From an uncultured SAR86 cluster bacterium (GTDB lineage Bacteria; Pseudomonadota; Gammaproteobacteria; Magnimaribacterales; D2472), in assembly GCA_902559345.1 (NCBI GenBank), contig CACEHH010000003.1, positions 1,316 through 65,315 of the forward strand: a stretch of DNA of 64,000 nt. The letters are read 5' to 3'. The notes under the pieces are model-generated. The model was given only the letters and a program-made list of their open reading frames with translations. It was not told the origin of the DNA and did not search any database. Every line of letters starts with the position of its first letter. Positions within the stretch are counted from its first letter, which is position 1. The translations under genes were made by a program, and so were the position numbers. Of the stretch, positions 1-10,725 are shown in pieces.

Positions 1-364
1 CAGAAGAATAGATATTTTTTAAATCCATTATCTTGGATCCTTCTATAAAAGCTTTCTTTGTCCATGCGCCGGTTGTAATATAATCAGCAGTACCTGTAAG
101 ATTTTTAAAATTCATAGGTATCATTGAGAATTGATGAGTCGCACCTCCTTGAAGAAATAAAACATCATAATTTTTGGGTATATGTAATAGTTTTATTAAG
201 TCCTCTTTGGCTTCATATGCAATATTTGAATAAGTCTCTGATCGATGACTCATTTCCATGATAGATGTACCTGAATTTTTATAATCTAATAGTTCGGCTC
301 TAACTTCAGATATTACCTCTTCAGAAATAACTGCAGGCCCTGCACAGAAATTCCATTTCCTCAT
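1..364 (-). CDS. serC: Phosphoserine aminotransferase, N-terminal part (gene runs off the left window edge)
   Basis: Not in the ORF track because it is truncated. The reverse complement of 364..1 reads MRKWNFCAGPAVISEEVISEVRAELLDYKNSGTSIMEMSHRSETY...VLFLQGGATHQFSMIPMN. This is collinear with the SerC N-terminus (FNFSxGPA ... GxSxMExSHR ... LFxxGG). The ATG is at 364..362, 2 nt after the gyrA stop. gyrA-serC adjacency is common in Gammaproteobacteria. Confidence 0.85.
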   Translation of the reverse strand, partial: MRKWNFCAGPAVISEEVISEVRAELLDYKNSGTSIMEMSHRSETYSNIAYEAKEDLIKLLHIPKNYDVLFLQGGATHQFSMIPMNFKNLTGTADYITTGAWTKKAFIEGSKIMDLKNIYSS

Positions 365-366
365 AT

Positions 367-2907
367 TTATTCGTTTTGATCTTCTTCTGTAGGTATTGTG
401 ACGCACTCCATTAATTTTTCACCCTCCTTTGGAGTAATTACTTTAACACCTTGAGTGTTCCTGCTTAATGTAGGTATTTGAGATACATTGGTTCGTATCA
501 TTGTTCCTTTATCGCTTATTAGCATAATCCCGTCGTCTTCTTCGACAAGGGTAGCGGCAACCATCGATCCATTCCTTTCACTAGTTTTAATAGAAATAAC
601 CCCCTGACCACCTCGATTATGTGTTGGAAAATCGTCTAATTCAGTCTTCTTTCCATATCCATTCTCTGAAACGCACAACACTTTTTTTGAAGAGTCGGCT
701 ACATTGAGAGAAATTAGTCTTTGGTCTTTCTTCAATTTAATACCCTTAACGCCTCTTGCAGTTCTTCCCATTGCTCTAACTTTCGATTCTTTAAATCTTA
801 TTAATTTACCTGCCGAAGATGCAAGTAAAATTTCTTTGGAACCATCAGTTATTGCTGTGCCAATTAATTTATCATCTTCATCTAAATTAATTGCTTTAAT
901 TCCTGATTTCCATTTTCTAGCAAAGAGACTTAGATTAGTCTTTTTCGTTATGCCTTTTCTAGTTGCCATGAATATAAAATACTTTTCAGAAAATTCTTCT
1001 ACAGGAAGTATTTCACTTACTCGCTCATCATCATCAAGATTGAGCATATTAACTAGAGGTCTTCCTTTTGAGGTTCTTGATGCAACTGGAATTTCATATA
1101 CTTTTAACCAAAATACTTTACCTTTTGTTGTAAAACATAAAATTTGTACATGGCTGCTAAGAACATATAAATTTTGAATTAAATCTTCTTCTTTAACTGA
1201 AGCTGCAGCCTTGCCTTGACCTCCTCTTCTTTGCTCACGGTATTCGTCAAGGGGTTGAGTTTTTGCATAGCCACTTCTTGAAACAGTCAATACCCTTGTT
1301 TCTTCTGGAATAAGGTCTTCATTGGTAATACCTCTTCTTGTATCATTTATAAGTGTCTTTCTCTCATCACCAAAACTATTCTTAATTTCTTCAAGCTCAT
1401 CAATCATCAAGTTAGTTAAAGTTGATTTATCATCAAGAATTTTTTGCAATCCTAGAATCTTTTCAACTATTTCAGAAAATTCTTTACTTAAATTTTCTTG
1501 TTCAAGGCCTGTCAATCTTCCAAGTCTTAGCTCTAAAATTGCTTTAGCTTGATCATAAGATAATCTATATTTTTTACCCTTTAAGCCCAGGTCTTTACTT
1601 AGCCCTTTTGGTTTACAAGCATCATTGCCAACCTTTTTTAAGATTGCCTCAACAGGACCAGATTTCCAAACCTTTTTACATAGAGCTTCTGCCGCTAATT
1701 TTGGATCTTTAGATTTTTTAATTATAGTTATAATCTCATCAATATTTGCAATTGCAACCATCAAACCTTCTACAACATGACCCCTATCTTTGGCTTTCTT
1801 TAAGTCATATTTTGTTCTTTTTGTAATAATATCTTTTCTATGCTTCACAAAAGCCTGAAGCATTTCTTTTAGATTGACTTCCTTGGGCTGACCCTCAGAC
1901 AAAACAGTGAAATTTATACCAAAAGATTGTTCAAGTTGCGTCTGTGCAAAAAGATTATTTTCTAATACGTCAACCGAATCTCCTTTTCTAACTTCAATTA
2001 CAACTCTTAATCCATCTTTATCTGATTCATCTCTTATTTCAGTGATGCCCTCAATCTTTTTTTCTTTTACTAATTCAGCTATTTTCTCAAGCATCCTAGC
2101 TTTATTTACCATAAAGGGTATTTCATTAATTATTAATGATTGTTTTCCTGATTTATCTTCCTCAATAGAGGTGTTTGATCTGATATGAATAATCCCTCTA
2201 CCAGTTTTATAAGCTTCATAGATTCCAGCTTTTCCATCAATAGTTCCGCCAGTTGGAAAATCAGGTCCAGAAATATCTTTAATTAATTCATCTATTGATA
2301 TCTTAGGATTATTAATTAAATTAATACATCCATTTAATACTTCACTTAGATTATGGGGTGGGATATTAGTTGCCATCCCGACAGCAATTCCAGATGAACC
2401 ATTAACCAATAAATTAGGAATTTTAGTTGGTAAAACATCTGGGATATGCTCACTACCATCATAATTTGGTGAGTAACTAACAGTATCTTTTTCAATATCG
2501 CCCAACATTTGGTCAGTAATTTTTGCCATACGCACTTCGGTATATCTCATCGCTGCTGGAGGATCGCCATCAATTGAACCAAAATTTCCTTGACCCTCTA
2601 CTATTGGGTATCTCATTGAAAAATCTTGTGCCATTCTAACCATTGCATCATAAACAGCTGAGTCACCATGAGGGTGATATTTTCCGATAACATCTCCCAC
2701 AACTCTTGCAGATTTTTTATAAGGCTTATTGTAATAATTCTTTAAATCGTACATCGCATATAGAATTCTTCTATGCACTGGTTTAAGGCCGTCTCTAATA
2801 TCGGGTAAAGCTCTCCCATGAATAACGCTTAAAGCGTAACTCAAATAAGATTGTTTTAATTCATCTTCAATATTTACAGATATAATTTCTTTGGCAAAAT
2901 CACTCAT
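367..2907 (-). CDS. gyrA: DNA gyrase subunit A
   Basis: 846-aa ORF. N-terminal GyrA signatures are present ([38 protein letters not shown], catalytic-Tyr region [10 protein letters not shown]), followed by C-terminal beta-pinwheel repeats. Confidence 0.98.
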   Translation of the reverse strand: MSDFAKEIISVNIEDELKQSYLSYALSVIHGRALPDIRDGLKPVHRRILYAMYDLKNYYNKPYKKSARVVGDVIGKYHPHGDSAVYDAMVRMAQDFSMRYPIVEGQGNFGSIDGDPPAAMRYTEVRMAKITDQMLGDIEKDTVSYSPNYDGSEHIPDVLPTKIPNLLVNGSSGIAVGMATNIPPHNLSEVLNGCINLINNPKISIDELIKDISGPDFPTGGTIDGKAGIYEAYKTGRGIIHIRSNTSIEEDKSGKQSLIINEIPFMVNKARMLEKIAELVKEKKIEGITEIRDESDKDGLRVVIEVRKGDSVDVLENNLFAQTQLEQSFGINFTVLSEGQPKEVNLKEMLQAFVKHRKDIITKRTKYDLKKAKDRGHVVEGLMVAIANIDEIITIIKKSKDPKLAAEALCKKVWKSGPVEAILKKVGNDACKPKGLSKDLGLKGKKYRLSYDQAKAILELRLGRLTGLEQENLSKEFSEIVEKILGLQKILDDKSTLTNLMIDELEEIKNSFGDERKTLINDTRRGITNEDLIPEETRVLTVSRSGYAKTQPLDEYREQRRGGQGKAAASVKEEDLIQNLYVLSSHVQILCFTTKGKVFWLKVYEIPVASRTSKGRPLVNMLNLDDDERVSEILPVEEFSEKYFIFMATRKGITKKTNLSLFARKWKSGIKAINLDEDDKLIGTAITDGSKEILLASSAGKLIRFKESKVRAMGRTARGVKGIKLKKDQRLISLNVADSSKKVLCVSENGYGKKTELDDFPTHNRGGQGVISIKTSERNGSMVAATLVEEDDGIMLISDKGTMIRTNVSQIPTLSRNTQGVKVITPKEGEKLMECVTIPTEEDQNE

Positions 2908-3001
2908 TTTTTTGCTTATCTAGCCCCTATTTTAGATGTGAATACTCTATGTTAATTAAGGCTATATTTTACCATATTTATAAGGCAATTTTTGGGGTAA
3001 T

Positions 3002-4390
3002 TTACTCTTTAAATTCTGATACAAGTCCACCAATAGATTCTTTTGCATCACCAAAAAGCATCCTAGCATTTTCTTTAAAAAAGAGAGGATTTTGAACACC
3101 CGCAAATCCAGACGACATAGAACGTTTAAGAACAAATACAGTTTTAGCATTATGCACTTCTATTATTGGCATCCCGTATATAGGGCTGCCCGGTTCTTCT
3201 GTAGCAGATGGATTTACAACATCATTTGCTCCTATAACAACAGCAACATCCACAGTATCCATCATGGGATTTACATCATCTGGTTCAACTAAAACATCAT
3301 AAGGAACATTTGCCTCAGCTAATAAAACATTCATATGTCCTGGCATTCTTCCGGCAACTGGATGTATTCCATATTTAACTTCGGTACCGTTAGATTCAAG
3401 AAGCTCTCCAAGCTCTCTAACTACATGTTGAGCTTGAGCTACAGCCATACCATAACCAGGAATGACTAATACAGAACTAGCGTTTTCAAGAATTAAATAT
3501 GCATCTGATACATTGATAGGTTTTACTTCTCCAACTTCTTCTGATTTGGAGTTTGAAGATGATGAAGCATATCCAATAAATAGTATATTGCCAATTGATC
3601 TATTCATGGCTTTAGCCATTATTATTGTCAAAATTAACCCGCTTGCACCAACTAAGGATCCAGCAACTATAAGAACATTATTTGTAAGCAAGAGTCCTGC
3701 AAAAGCTGCTGCTATACCAGAAAAGGAATTTAACAAAGAAATCACCACTGGCATATCTCCTCCACCAATTGGCATTACAAATCCAATTCCTCCAAGTAAA
3801 GTGAAGATAAGCAAGATTGTGAAGAAATCAAAAGATGGAGGAATTAAGTATGTTATAGATGCTGAATAAATTAAATAAATTAAAGAAAGATAGAAAATTG
3901 TTGTAAATAATTTAGTAATCAGTGAAGTTTTCTGTATTTTTAGTTTCTCTGATAATTTGCCATACGCAACTATACTACCTGAGAATGTAATACCCCCTAT
4001 ATAAGTAGTAATCATTATCAATACATATTGAAATGCATTATCTGGAACAGAGTTAAATTCAGACCAAGCAATAAAGAAAGTTGCTAAGCCTCCAAATCCG
4101 TTAAAGAGTGCAACCATTTCTGGTATTGAGGTCATCTTAACTTTTAATGCTATTAATGAACCAATTAATGCCCCAACTCCTATTCCTGCAAAAATTAGAT
4201 AAATATTAACTTCAATCTTAGGATCTATAAATGTTATTAGAACTGCAATGAACATCGCCAGAGCAGATAAAAAATTACCTTTTACAGCTGTCTCTTCCTT
4301 GCCTAGCATCTTAATTCCTGAAATAAACAATATAGATGAAGCTATATATATTAGATTTTGGAATGTAGAAATATTTTCTAACATGCTCAT
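3002..4390 (-). CDS. pntB: NAD(P) transhydrogenase subunit beta
   Basis: 462 aa. Multi-TM N-terminal half plus a C-terminal NADP(H)-binding dIII domain (GYGMAVAQAQH, HPVAGRMPGHMNVLLAEA, VIGANDVVNP). Confidence 0.95.
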   Translation of the reverse strand: MSMLENISTFQNLIYIASSILFISGIKMLGKEETAVKGNFLSALAMFIAVLITFIDPKIEVNIYLIFAGIGVGALIGSLIALKVKMTSIPEMVALFNGFGGLATFFIAWSEFNSVPDNAFQYVLIMITTYIGGITFSGSIVAYGKLSEKLKIQKTSLITKLFTTIFYLSLIYLIYSASITYLIPPSFDFFTILLIFTLLGGIGFVMPIGGGDMPVVISLLNSFSGIAAAFAGLLLTNNVLIVAGSLVGASGLILTIIMAKAMNRSIGNILFIGYASSSSNSKSEEVGEVKPINVSDAYLILENASSVLVIPGYGMAVAQAQHVVRELGELLESNGTEVKYGIHPVAGRMPGHMNVLLAEANVPYDVLVEPDDVNPMMDTVDVAVVIGANDVVNPSATEEPGSPIYGMPIIEVHNAKTVFVLKRSMSSGFAGVQNPLFFKENARMLFGDAKESIGGLVSEFKE

Positions 4391-4392
4391 TG

Positions 4393-4665
4393 TTATTTTT
4401 TCTTAAACATTTTAAGCATTCTATTTGTTACAAGATAGCCACCAAAAACATTAATTGATGCAAATGTAACTGCTAGAAAAGCTAAGATATTTTGTAATTG
4501 ATTGTCTCCACCAAGCACTAAAGCTCCAACGAGAGCAACACCAGAGATAGCATTTGCACCAGACATCAGGGGCGTATGTAAAGTGCTTGGAACTTTTGAA
4601 ATTAACTCAAGTCCCAAATAGATTGAAAGAATTAGTACAAAACCTAGTAATGCATATACTTCCAT
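4393..4665 (-). CDS. pntAB: NAD(P) transhydrogenase alpha subunit, membrane part 2
   Basis: 90-aa hydrophobic protein between pntAA and pntB. Its start overlaps the pntAA stop. This is the three-gene split-alpha layout. Confidence 0.8.
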   Translation of the reverse strand: MEVYALLGFVLILSIYLGLELISKVPSTLHTPLMSGANAISGVALVGALVLGGDNQLQNILAFLAVTFASINVFGGYLVTNRMLKMFKKK

Positions 4666-5783
4666 TATTTAAACCTCTCATTAGTAATTTTCCCATCAAA
4701 CACCAATACGCTACTTTGGATTATTTCATCTTCAAAATCAAAATTAATAGTTGCTGATTCTTTATTATAAAAATCAGAAATCCAGTTATTATAATTATTA
4801 GATAAAGCTAAAGAAGCATGGCTTGAAACCTTTGATGCTAAGTTCGATATCCCTATTATTTTAATTCCATTCCTATCTATTACTTTATCAACCTCGGAGC
4901 CCTCAACATTTCCCCCTGTCTCAACTGCCATATCAAAAATTACACTTCCAGGTTTCATTAAATCTATAGTTTTATTATCAATCAAAAGCGGTGCTGGTCT
5001 TCCAAAAAGTTGAGCAGTGGTAATTACGATATCCGATCTTTCGCATACCTTCGTTTGAAGCTCTTTCTGTTTATTAATTTGTTCCTCTGTTAATTCTTTA
5101 GCGTAACCCTGATCAGTTTCACCAGTTTCTCCTAAATCAATTTTTACAAATTTTGCACCTAATGAATTAACTTGTTCTTCAACCACATCTCTTGTATCAA
5201 AAGCCTCAACTCTAGCACCCAATCTTTTGGCTGTTGCAATAGCCTGAAGGCCAGCAACACCAACACCAATAACAAAAACCTTTGCAGGTTTTAAAGTACC
5301 GGCTGCCGTCATCATCATTGGCAATGCTGTTGAAAGATGTTTTGCGGATTCTATAACCGCAACATATCCAGCTAAGTTTGCCTGAGAGCTCAAAACATCC
5401 ATCTTTTGAGCTCTAGTAATTCTAGGAATAAATTCCATACTAACAAGGTTAATCTTTGATTTTGAACATAAATTAATTAATTCTTGATTATTAAAAGGAT
5501 TAACCATTCCTAAAATAGTAGAATTTGATTTGACTTGGTTAACTTCGTCTCGAATTAAAGCTTGATTAGTAATTATGAGATCTCCATTTTCTAAACATTC
5601 ATCTCTAGTATGTTTTTTTAAACCTGTGTCTGCAAAAACTTTGTCACTCACATTAATACCATCACCAATTCCTTCTTCAAACCAAATCTCAATATCGAGG
5701 TTTAATAATGTATTTATTGTCTCTATATGAATTGGAGACCTGTTGTCAGAAGAAATATTTGATTTTAATGCAGCTATTATCAC
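4665..5783 (-). CDS. pntAA: NAD(P) transhydrogenase alpha subunit part 1 (soluble dI domain)
   Basis: 372 aa with an alanine-dehydrogenase/PNT fold and the Rossmann motif VIGVGVAGLQAIATAKRLGA. Confidence 0.92.
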   Translation of the reverse strand: MIIAALKSNISSDNRSPIHIETINTLLNLDIEIWFEEGIGDGINVSDKVFADTGLKKHTRDECLENGDLIITNQALIRDEVNQVKSNSTILGMVNPFNNQELINLCSKSKINLVSMEFIPRITRAQKMDVLSSQANLAGYVAVIESAKHLSTALPMMMTAAGTLKPAKVFVIGVGVAGLQAIATAKRLGARVEAFDTRDVVEEQVNSLGAKFVKIDLGETGETDQGYAKELTEEQINKQKELQTKVCERSDIVITTAQLFGRPAPLLIDNKTIDLMKPGSVIFDMAVETGGNVEGSEVDKVIDRNGIKIIGISNLASKVSSHASLALSNNYNNWISDFYNKESATINFDFEDEIIQSSVLVFDGKITNERFK

Positions 5784-5949
5784 GATTTTAATTTCTGAAA
5801 TTATGTAGTGAATTTAATCTTAATAGCTCATTTAAGTCAAACAAATTAAAAAATCAATGATATGCGCATTGGCTCGGCATATTGGTTGTAGTTTTGCTAC
5901 AAAATAAATATTTTTATTTATTCTTAATTAAATTTATAAGGGTTAGAAT

Positions 5950-6651
5950 ATGCCAATGGCTAACATAGACGATCAAGAAATTAAAAAATTTTCTGATATT
6001 GCCAAGGATTGGTGGAATGAAGATGGTGATTTCAAACCTTTGCATATAATAAACCCTCTTAGAGCAAATTATATTAAAAGCAAAGCTAAATTAGAGGGGA
6101 AAAAGGTTTTAGATGTAGGTTGTGGTGGTGGACTTCTTTCAGAAGCGTTGCATGATTTTGGTGCAGATGTGACTGGGATTGATGCTGCTGGTCCTGGTAT
6201 AGAAGTAGCTAAAATTCATGCAAAAAATGATAATAAGAATATAAAATATTTTGAAATAACAGCTGAAGAACTTAATCTTAAGGAATCAGGATCTTTTGAC
6301 ATTGTTACCTGTCTTGAAGTCTTAGAACATGTACCTGACCCTAAATCACTTGTTGCAACATGCATAGATCTTCTTAAACCTGGAGGAGCATTGTTCTTGT
6401 CAACAATAAATAAAAATCCTAGATCATGGATCACAGCTATAGTTGGGGCTGAATATATTTTCAACCTTCTTCCAAAAGGAACTCATGAATTTGATAAATT
6501 TATAAAACCATCTGTATTAGCAAAATATGTAAGGGAAGCTAATGCGGAACTAATAGAAACTAAGGGTATGTTTTATAATCCTTTAACTCATAAGGCCAAT
6601 CTAAATAATGACCTTGGTGTAAATTATTTAATGTATGCAAAAAAACCATAA
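5950..6651 (+). CDS. ubiG: Bifunctional 3-demethylubiquinol / 2-polyprenyl-6-hydroxyphenol O-methyltransferase
   Basis: 233 aa. N-terminus KFSDIAKDWWNEDGDFKPLHIINPLR, SAM motif VLDVGCGGGLLSE, and LKPGGALFLSTINKN. Confidence 0.9.
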   Translation: MPMANIDDQEIKKFSDIAKDWWNEDGDFKPLHIINPLRANYIKSKAKLEGKKVLDVGCGGGLLSEALHDFGADVTGIDAAGPGIEVAKIHAKNDNKNIKYFEITAEELNLKESGSFDIVTCLEVLEHVPDPKSLVATCIDLLKPGGALFLSTINKNPRSWITAIVGAEYIFNLLPKGTHEFDKFIKPSVLAKYVREANAELIETKGMFYNPLTHKANLNNDLGVNYLMYAKKP

Positions 6652-7297
6652 AACAAAATTAGTTTTATTCGATTTAGATGGAACTTTGATAGATACGGCG
6701 CCTGATTTCTTAATTTCATTGAACAATGTTCTCAGTAATCATTCTAGGGAAAATGTAACTATGGAAAAAATAAGGCCTCATATATCAGAAGGATCATCCA
6801 AATTAATTAAATTATTCTTTGAAATTAATGAAGAGCATATGAGTTTTGAACAATATAAAAATGAGTTTTTGAATGAATATTCATCAAACCTAACAAAAAG
6901 TTCAAGACTGTTTGATGGAATGGAAACAATAATAGAATATCTAAATGATAATGGGATTATGTTTGGAGTAGTAACAAATAAATATCATGAATATGCCGAG
7001 CCAATAATTAATTCATTCCCTGAACTGCAGACTATTAAAATTTTAGTGTGTCCTGACCACGTAAGCATCTCTAAGCCGGATCCAGAAGGCATTCTACTTG
7101 CATGTAGTAAATTAAAAGTTAGTCCTAAAGATGCTGTATATCTTGGCGATCACATTAATGATTTAAAAGCAGGTCTCGCTGCTGGCACAGATGTAATTGG
7201 TTGCTTATACGGTTATTCACTTGAAGAAGTTGATATTAATAATCTCAAGTGTAAATCTGTTAATAGTGTTTCTGAAATAACTTCTAATATTAATTAA
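6635..7297 (+). CDS. HAD-superfamily phosphatase (phosphoglycolate phosphatase / MupP-like)
   Basis: 220 aa. HAD motif I is FDLDGTLIDTAPD and the C-terminal motif is LGDHINDLKAGLAAG. It occupies the position after ubiG, as in the Pseudomonas ubiG-mupP-SDR arrangement. Confidence 0.75.
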   Translation: MQKNHKTKLVLFDLDGTLIDTAPDFLISLNNVLSNHSRENVTMEKIRPHISEGSSKLIKLFFEINEEHMSFEQYKNEFLNEYSSNLTKSSRLFDGMETIIEYLNDNGIMFGVVTNKYHEYAEPIINSFPELQTIKILVCPDHVSISKPDPEGILLACSKLKVSPKDAVYLGDHINDLKAGLAAGTDVIGCLYGYSLEEVDINNLKCKSVNSVSEITSNIN

Positions 7298-8046
7298 TGG
7301 AAATAGACAAAAATAATCTTAATAAAAAAAATATATTGGTAACTGGCGCTTCTAATGGTATTGGAAAGTCTCTTGCAATTAATTTAAGCAAATTAGGTGC
7401 GAATATACTTATGCTATCAAGAAATGAAGTAGAGTTAGATTCAATTTACGATGAGATTAAAGAAAAATATAAAACTGATCCATGCATTTTAAAATGTGAC
7501 TTAGAAAATCTTGATGACAGTAAATCACAAGAAATAGTTAATATTATTTTAGATAACTATAAAGGTCTTGATGCAATAATACATAACGCATCAGTTCTTG
7601 AAAAAATGTCTCATATTCAAAGTTATGATTCGAAAACATGGGAGAAAATATTAAAAATAAATTTAACTAGTTCATTTATGCTTTCAAAACATCTAATTCC
7701 TTTAATGCAATCTTCATCCAACCCTAGAATAATTTTTACAACCTCGAGTGTTGGGAATAAAGGCAAGGCATTTTGGGGGGCATATTCAGTTTCAAAGGCT
7801 GGCATTAATGCTCTGTCTGAAATATTAGCAGACGAATTAGAATCAATCTCAAATATCAAAATATTTAACTTCAACCCCAAAGCAACTCAAACTTCTATGA
7901 GAGCGCTTGCATATCCAGCAGAAAATCCTGTATTAGTTAAAAAACCTGACGATCTTTTTGATTACTATTTATGGATGCTTTCTGAAGAAAGCTCTGATTC
8001 AAAAAATACATACATAGAGTTTGATGAAAATAATGCTTTCATATAG
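7297..8046 (+). CDS. Short-chain dehydrogenase/reductase, YciK-like
   Basis: 249 aa. TGASNGIGKS cofactor motif, NAS, and catalytic YSVSKAG. It is the third gene of the ubiG-HAD-SDR trio. Confidence 0.8.
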   Translation: MEIDKNNLNKKNILVTGASNGIGKSLAINLSKLGANILMLSRNEVELDSIYDEIKEKYKTDPCILKCDLENLDDSKSQEIVNIILDNYKGLDAIIHNASVLEKMSHIQSYDSKTWEKILKINLTSSFMLSKHLIPLMQSSSNPRIIFTTSSVGNKGKAFWGAYSVSKAGINALSEILADELESISNIKIFNFNPKATQTSMRALAYPAENPVLVKKPDDLFDYYLWMLSEESSDSKNTYIEFDENNAFI

Positions 8047-8650
8047 TTACATTCTCCTCTTCTAGAGTCCTCCACATATATAAGCACATATAACTCCTAA
8101 ATGGGCTAAATAACTCATAAAAGCTAGTATTGTATTTTTTTGATGAGAACATTTTAATATGGGCATTTTTAAGTCCTAAATCTAGATATGAAAAAACATC
8201 TGGATCGCCTAAATAAAATATTCTTGACATCTCAATAGACCAAGGCCCTATGCCCTTTATTTTTATTAAGAATTCATACAAGTCATCAGCAGGCATCTTT
8301 TTCAATTGTTTTTTAGTAATTTTAATTAGCTCTTTATTGAAAATAATTCCATTTAGATACCCGATCTTTTGCCTAGATAGACCAGCTTCTTTAAACTTCT
8401 TATTTAATTTTTCATTAATTTTTTTGTATTTGTTATCTTTTAGAATTAATTCTGTTCTTTTCCAAATTGCAGCTGCGGATTTAACTGATAATTGCTGACC
8501 GACAATAATCTTTGAAAGATGATCAACAAATTTCATATTTGAAGTTCTAATATTCAAAGGGCCAACCTTCTTAATATGATTTGCGAATTGATTAAAGTTT
8601 AATTCAAGAGATTTTTTATATAGAAAATCATATGCACGTTTATGTTCCAT
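8039..8650 (-). CDS. DNA-3-methyladenine glycosylase II family (HhH-GPD, AlkA-like)
   Basis: 203 aa. Helix-hairpin-helix/GPD region IKGIGPWSIEMSRIFYLGDPDVFSYLDLGLKNA. Confidence 0.7.
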   Translation of the reverse strand: MEHKRAYDFLYKKSLELNFNQFANHIKKVGPLNIRTSNMKFVDHLSKIIVGQQLSVKSAAAIWKRTELILKDNKYKKINEKLNKKFKEAGLSRQKIGYLNGIIFNKELIKITKKQLKKMPADDLYEFLIKIKGIGPWSIEMSRIFYLGDPDVFSYLDLGLKNAHIKMFSSKKYNTSFYELFSPFRSYMCLYMWRTLEEENVTI

Positions 8651-9365
8651 AATTTTTTAAAGAATCTATCTCTTTATTTGATAATTCAATACATTGTCCC
8701 CTTTTTAAACTTGAAGGTAAGAATATTGGTCCAAATCTTGTTCTTTTTAGCCTGCTTACTTCTAAATCCACTGCATTAAATAATTTCCTTACTTCTTTAT
8801 TCTTGCCGGACATGAGACAAACTGAAAACCATTGGTTAGAAGAAATTTTTTCTCCTTCGACAATGTCTGAAAGTTTGTATATGTCACCATCTATTGTTAT
8901 TCCTGAGAGCATTTGCTTCCTTTTTTCTGAAGTAAAATTACCTCTAGCTCTTACCAAATATTCTCTATCAATCATTGAAGAGGGATGCATGCAAAAATTT
9001 GCAAAATTTCCATCATTAGTAAAAAGCATTAAACCTGAAGAATTAATATCAAGTCTACCAATAGATATCCATCTTACTTTTGATTTACCTGAAGGTAAAA
9101 AATCAAAAACTATTGGAATATTTTTTTCTCTTTTTGAAGAAGACAAGACTTTTTCTGGTTTATTAAGAATCAATAACTTTGTCTCTGATTCTGTGTAAGT
9201 AATTATTTTACCTTCATACTCGATAATATCATCTTGATGAACTACGCTTCCTATTTCAGCAATTTTACCATTCAAAGTAATCTGATTTGACTTTATTAAG
9301 TTTTCACAATATCTTCTTGAACCAATCCCAGATTTAGCTAAAAATTTCTGCAGTCTTTCTGCCAT
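8640..9365 (-). CDS. rluB: 23S rRNA pseudouridine synthase B (RsuA/RluB family)
   Basis: 241 aa. S4 domain ERLQKFLAKSGIGSRR and catalytic region IGRLDINSSGLMLFTNDG. It lies downstream of scpA-scpB, as in many Gammaproteobacteria. Confidence 0.85.
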   Translation of the reverse strand: MAERLQKFLAKSGIGSRRYCENLIKSNQITLNGKIAEIGSVVHQDDIIEYEGKIITYTESETKLLILNKPEKVLSSSKREKNIPIVFDFLPSGKSKVRWISIGRLDINSSGLMLFTNDGNFANFCMHPSSMIDREYLVRARGNFTSEKRKQMLSGITIDGDIYKLSDIVEGEKISSNQWFSVCLMSGKNKEVRKLFNAVDLEVSRLKRTRFGPIFLPSSLKRGQCIELSNKEIDSLKNYGT

Positions 9366-9368
9366 TTC

Positions 9369-9926
9369 TTAGACAGCTTGAGAAAAAATATCATTTTCAG
9401 CAGTCTCTATGATTTGAGGTAGATCAGGTAGTTCAGAAATATTTTTTAAATTTAAATCATCTAGAAAATCTTTTGTAGTCACATAAAGAGCTGGTCTTCC
9501 TGGAACATCTCTGTACCCAGAAACCTTTACCCAGTTTCTTTCCAATAAAGATCTGATACTTCTAGTGCTAACGGTAACACCTCGAATATCTTCAATATCA
9601 CCTCTCGTTACAGGTTGCTTATATGCAATAATTGAAATAGTTTCCATTAAAGCTTTTGAAATTCTTGGTGTTTTATCATCCCAAAGACTACTTAAGCAAG
9701 CGCTATGATCTTGTTTTATTTGAAGCCTATACCCCGACGCAACATCTTGAACCTCTATTGCTGTGTTTGCATATCTTTCTTCAAGAAAATTTAATGATTT
9801 TTTAATATCAGAAAGATCAGCTTCGATCCCATTGTTTTCAAAAATATTCTTCATCTCAGATAGTCGAATTGGCCTTCCAGCACCAAAAAGCAATGCCTCA
9901 ATAGAATTTACTAAGTTAATATTCAA
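9369..9926 (-). CDS. scpB: Segregation and condensation protein B
   Basis: 185 aa. IEALLFGAGRPI N-terminus, ETISIIAYKQPVTRGDIEDIRGV, and GRPALYVTTKDFL. Confidence 0.88.
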   Translation of the reverse strand: MNINLVNSIEALLFGAGRPIRLSEMKNIFENNGIEADLSDIKKSLNFLEERYANTAIEVQDVASGYRLQIKQDHSACLSSLWDDKTPRISKALMETISIIAYKQPVTRGDIEDIRGVTVSTRSIRSLLERNWVKVSGYRDVPGRPALYVTTKDFLDDLNLKNISELPDLPQIIETAENDIFSQAV

Positions 9927-9927
9927 T

Positions 9928-10719
9928 TCATATTCTCCTTGAAGATTTTATGAATAATTCTTCGCTCTTATTTTGTATAAGCTCAACATACCCATCTTTG
10001 GCAAGCTCTAATGATGCTAACAATGTTACAACAACTCCTTTTCTACCTTCTGGTTTTATAAGGGTCTTAGAAAAACTGATCAAATCAGTGCGCGATAATA
10101 TATCTAATATGATTTGAATACGTTCTTTTGTTGATAGCTCTTCAAAATCAATTTGATGATTTGCTTTGTAATTAGGTCTATTTATAACCTCACTAATTAG
10201 GTTATACATCTCACCTTTTGTAATCTTAATTTTATTTTCTTGAACTTCTAGAGTTGGTAATTTAGCAGAGGCTGTAAAAAAATCTCTATCAATTCTTGGG
10301 AGTAATGCAATTTTCTCAGAAACATTCTTAAATCGTTGATATTCCTGCAATCTCTTTATCAAAGCTAATCTAGGATCATCTTCTTCCTCATCAAAAGATT
10401 CTGTTGGAAGCATTAATCTAGATTTAATTTCTGCTAATGTGGCCGCCATTACTAGATAGTCTGCAGCCAAATCAAATTTTAAAGAATCCATTAACTCTAT
10501 ATATTCAAGATACTGATCAGTTATTTTAGACACATCAAGATCAAGAATATTTATATTTTCTTTTTTAATTAAATATAAAAGAAGATCTAAAGGACCTGAG
10601 AATGACTCAAGACATATCTCTAAAGCATTGGGTGGAATGAAAAGATCATCTGGCAACTCTTCATATTGATACCCCATTACAGTAGGTAATTCTAATTGGG
10701 CAAGATTATTATATTGCAT
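9928..10719 (-). CDS. scpA: Segregation and condensation protein A
   Basis: 263 aa. FSGPLDLLLYLIKKENINILDLDVSKITDQYLEYI is typical of the kleisin ScpA. It lies directly upstream of scpB. Confidence 0.88.
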   Translation of the reverse strand: MQYNNLAQLELPTVMGYQYEELPDDLFIPPNALEICLESFSGPLDLLLYLIKKENINILDLDVSKITDQYLEYIELMDSLKFDLAADYLVMAATLAEIKSRLMLPTESFDEEEDDPRLALIKRLQEYQRFKNVSEKIALLPRIDRDFFTASAKLPTLEVQENKIKITKGEMYNLISEVINRPNYKANHQIDFEELSTKERIQIILDILSRTDLISFSKTLIKPEGRKGVVVTLLASLELAKDGYVELIQNKSEELFIKSSRRI

Positions 10720-10725
10720 ATATAA

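Noticed and set aside
704-1177. 157-aa ORF antisense to gyrA. Similar antisense ORFs occur at 1322..1552, 1907..2188, 3462..3869, 6216..6464, 8803..9198, 13902..14141, 21995..22237, 32768..33088, 37780..38064, 43589..43876, 44822..45136, 51395..51722, 60374..60655 and 61891..62289.
   Set aside because: All lie entirely inside well-supported genes on the opposite strand and have Ser/Leu/Ile/Phe-rich, low-information composition typical of shadow frames. No motif or independent signal supports them.
2962-3150. 62-aa minus-strand ORF overlapping the pntB 3' end and the gyrA upstream spacer.
   Set aside because: It is out of frame with, and mostly inside, pntB; there is no homology signal. The region is more plausibly the gyrA promoter/5' UTR.
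4393-5783. Split alpha subunit of transhydrogenase (pntAA + pntAB), considered unusual.
   Set aside because: Three-gene pnt operons are well known, for example in Rhodospirillum and Pseudomonas, so this is not noteworthy.
5860-5882. Inverted repeat ATATGC-N11-GCATAT, the only GC-containing patch of the pntAA/ubiG divergent spacer.
   Set aside because: The 6-bp arms are too short to distinguish from chance and no consensus is matched. I note it only as a candidate for comparative footprinting.
5886-5902. Small hairpin TTGTAG-TTTTG-CTACAA followed by an A/T-rich stretch in the pntAA/ubiG spacer, considered as a terminator.
   Set aside because: Both flanking genes diverge from this spacer, so there is nothing to terminate. 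The stem is only 6 bp and AT-rich.
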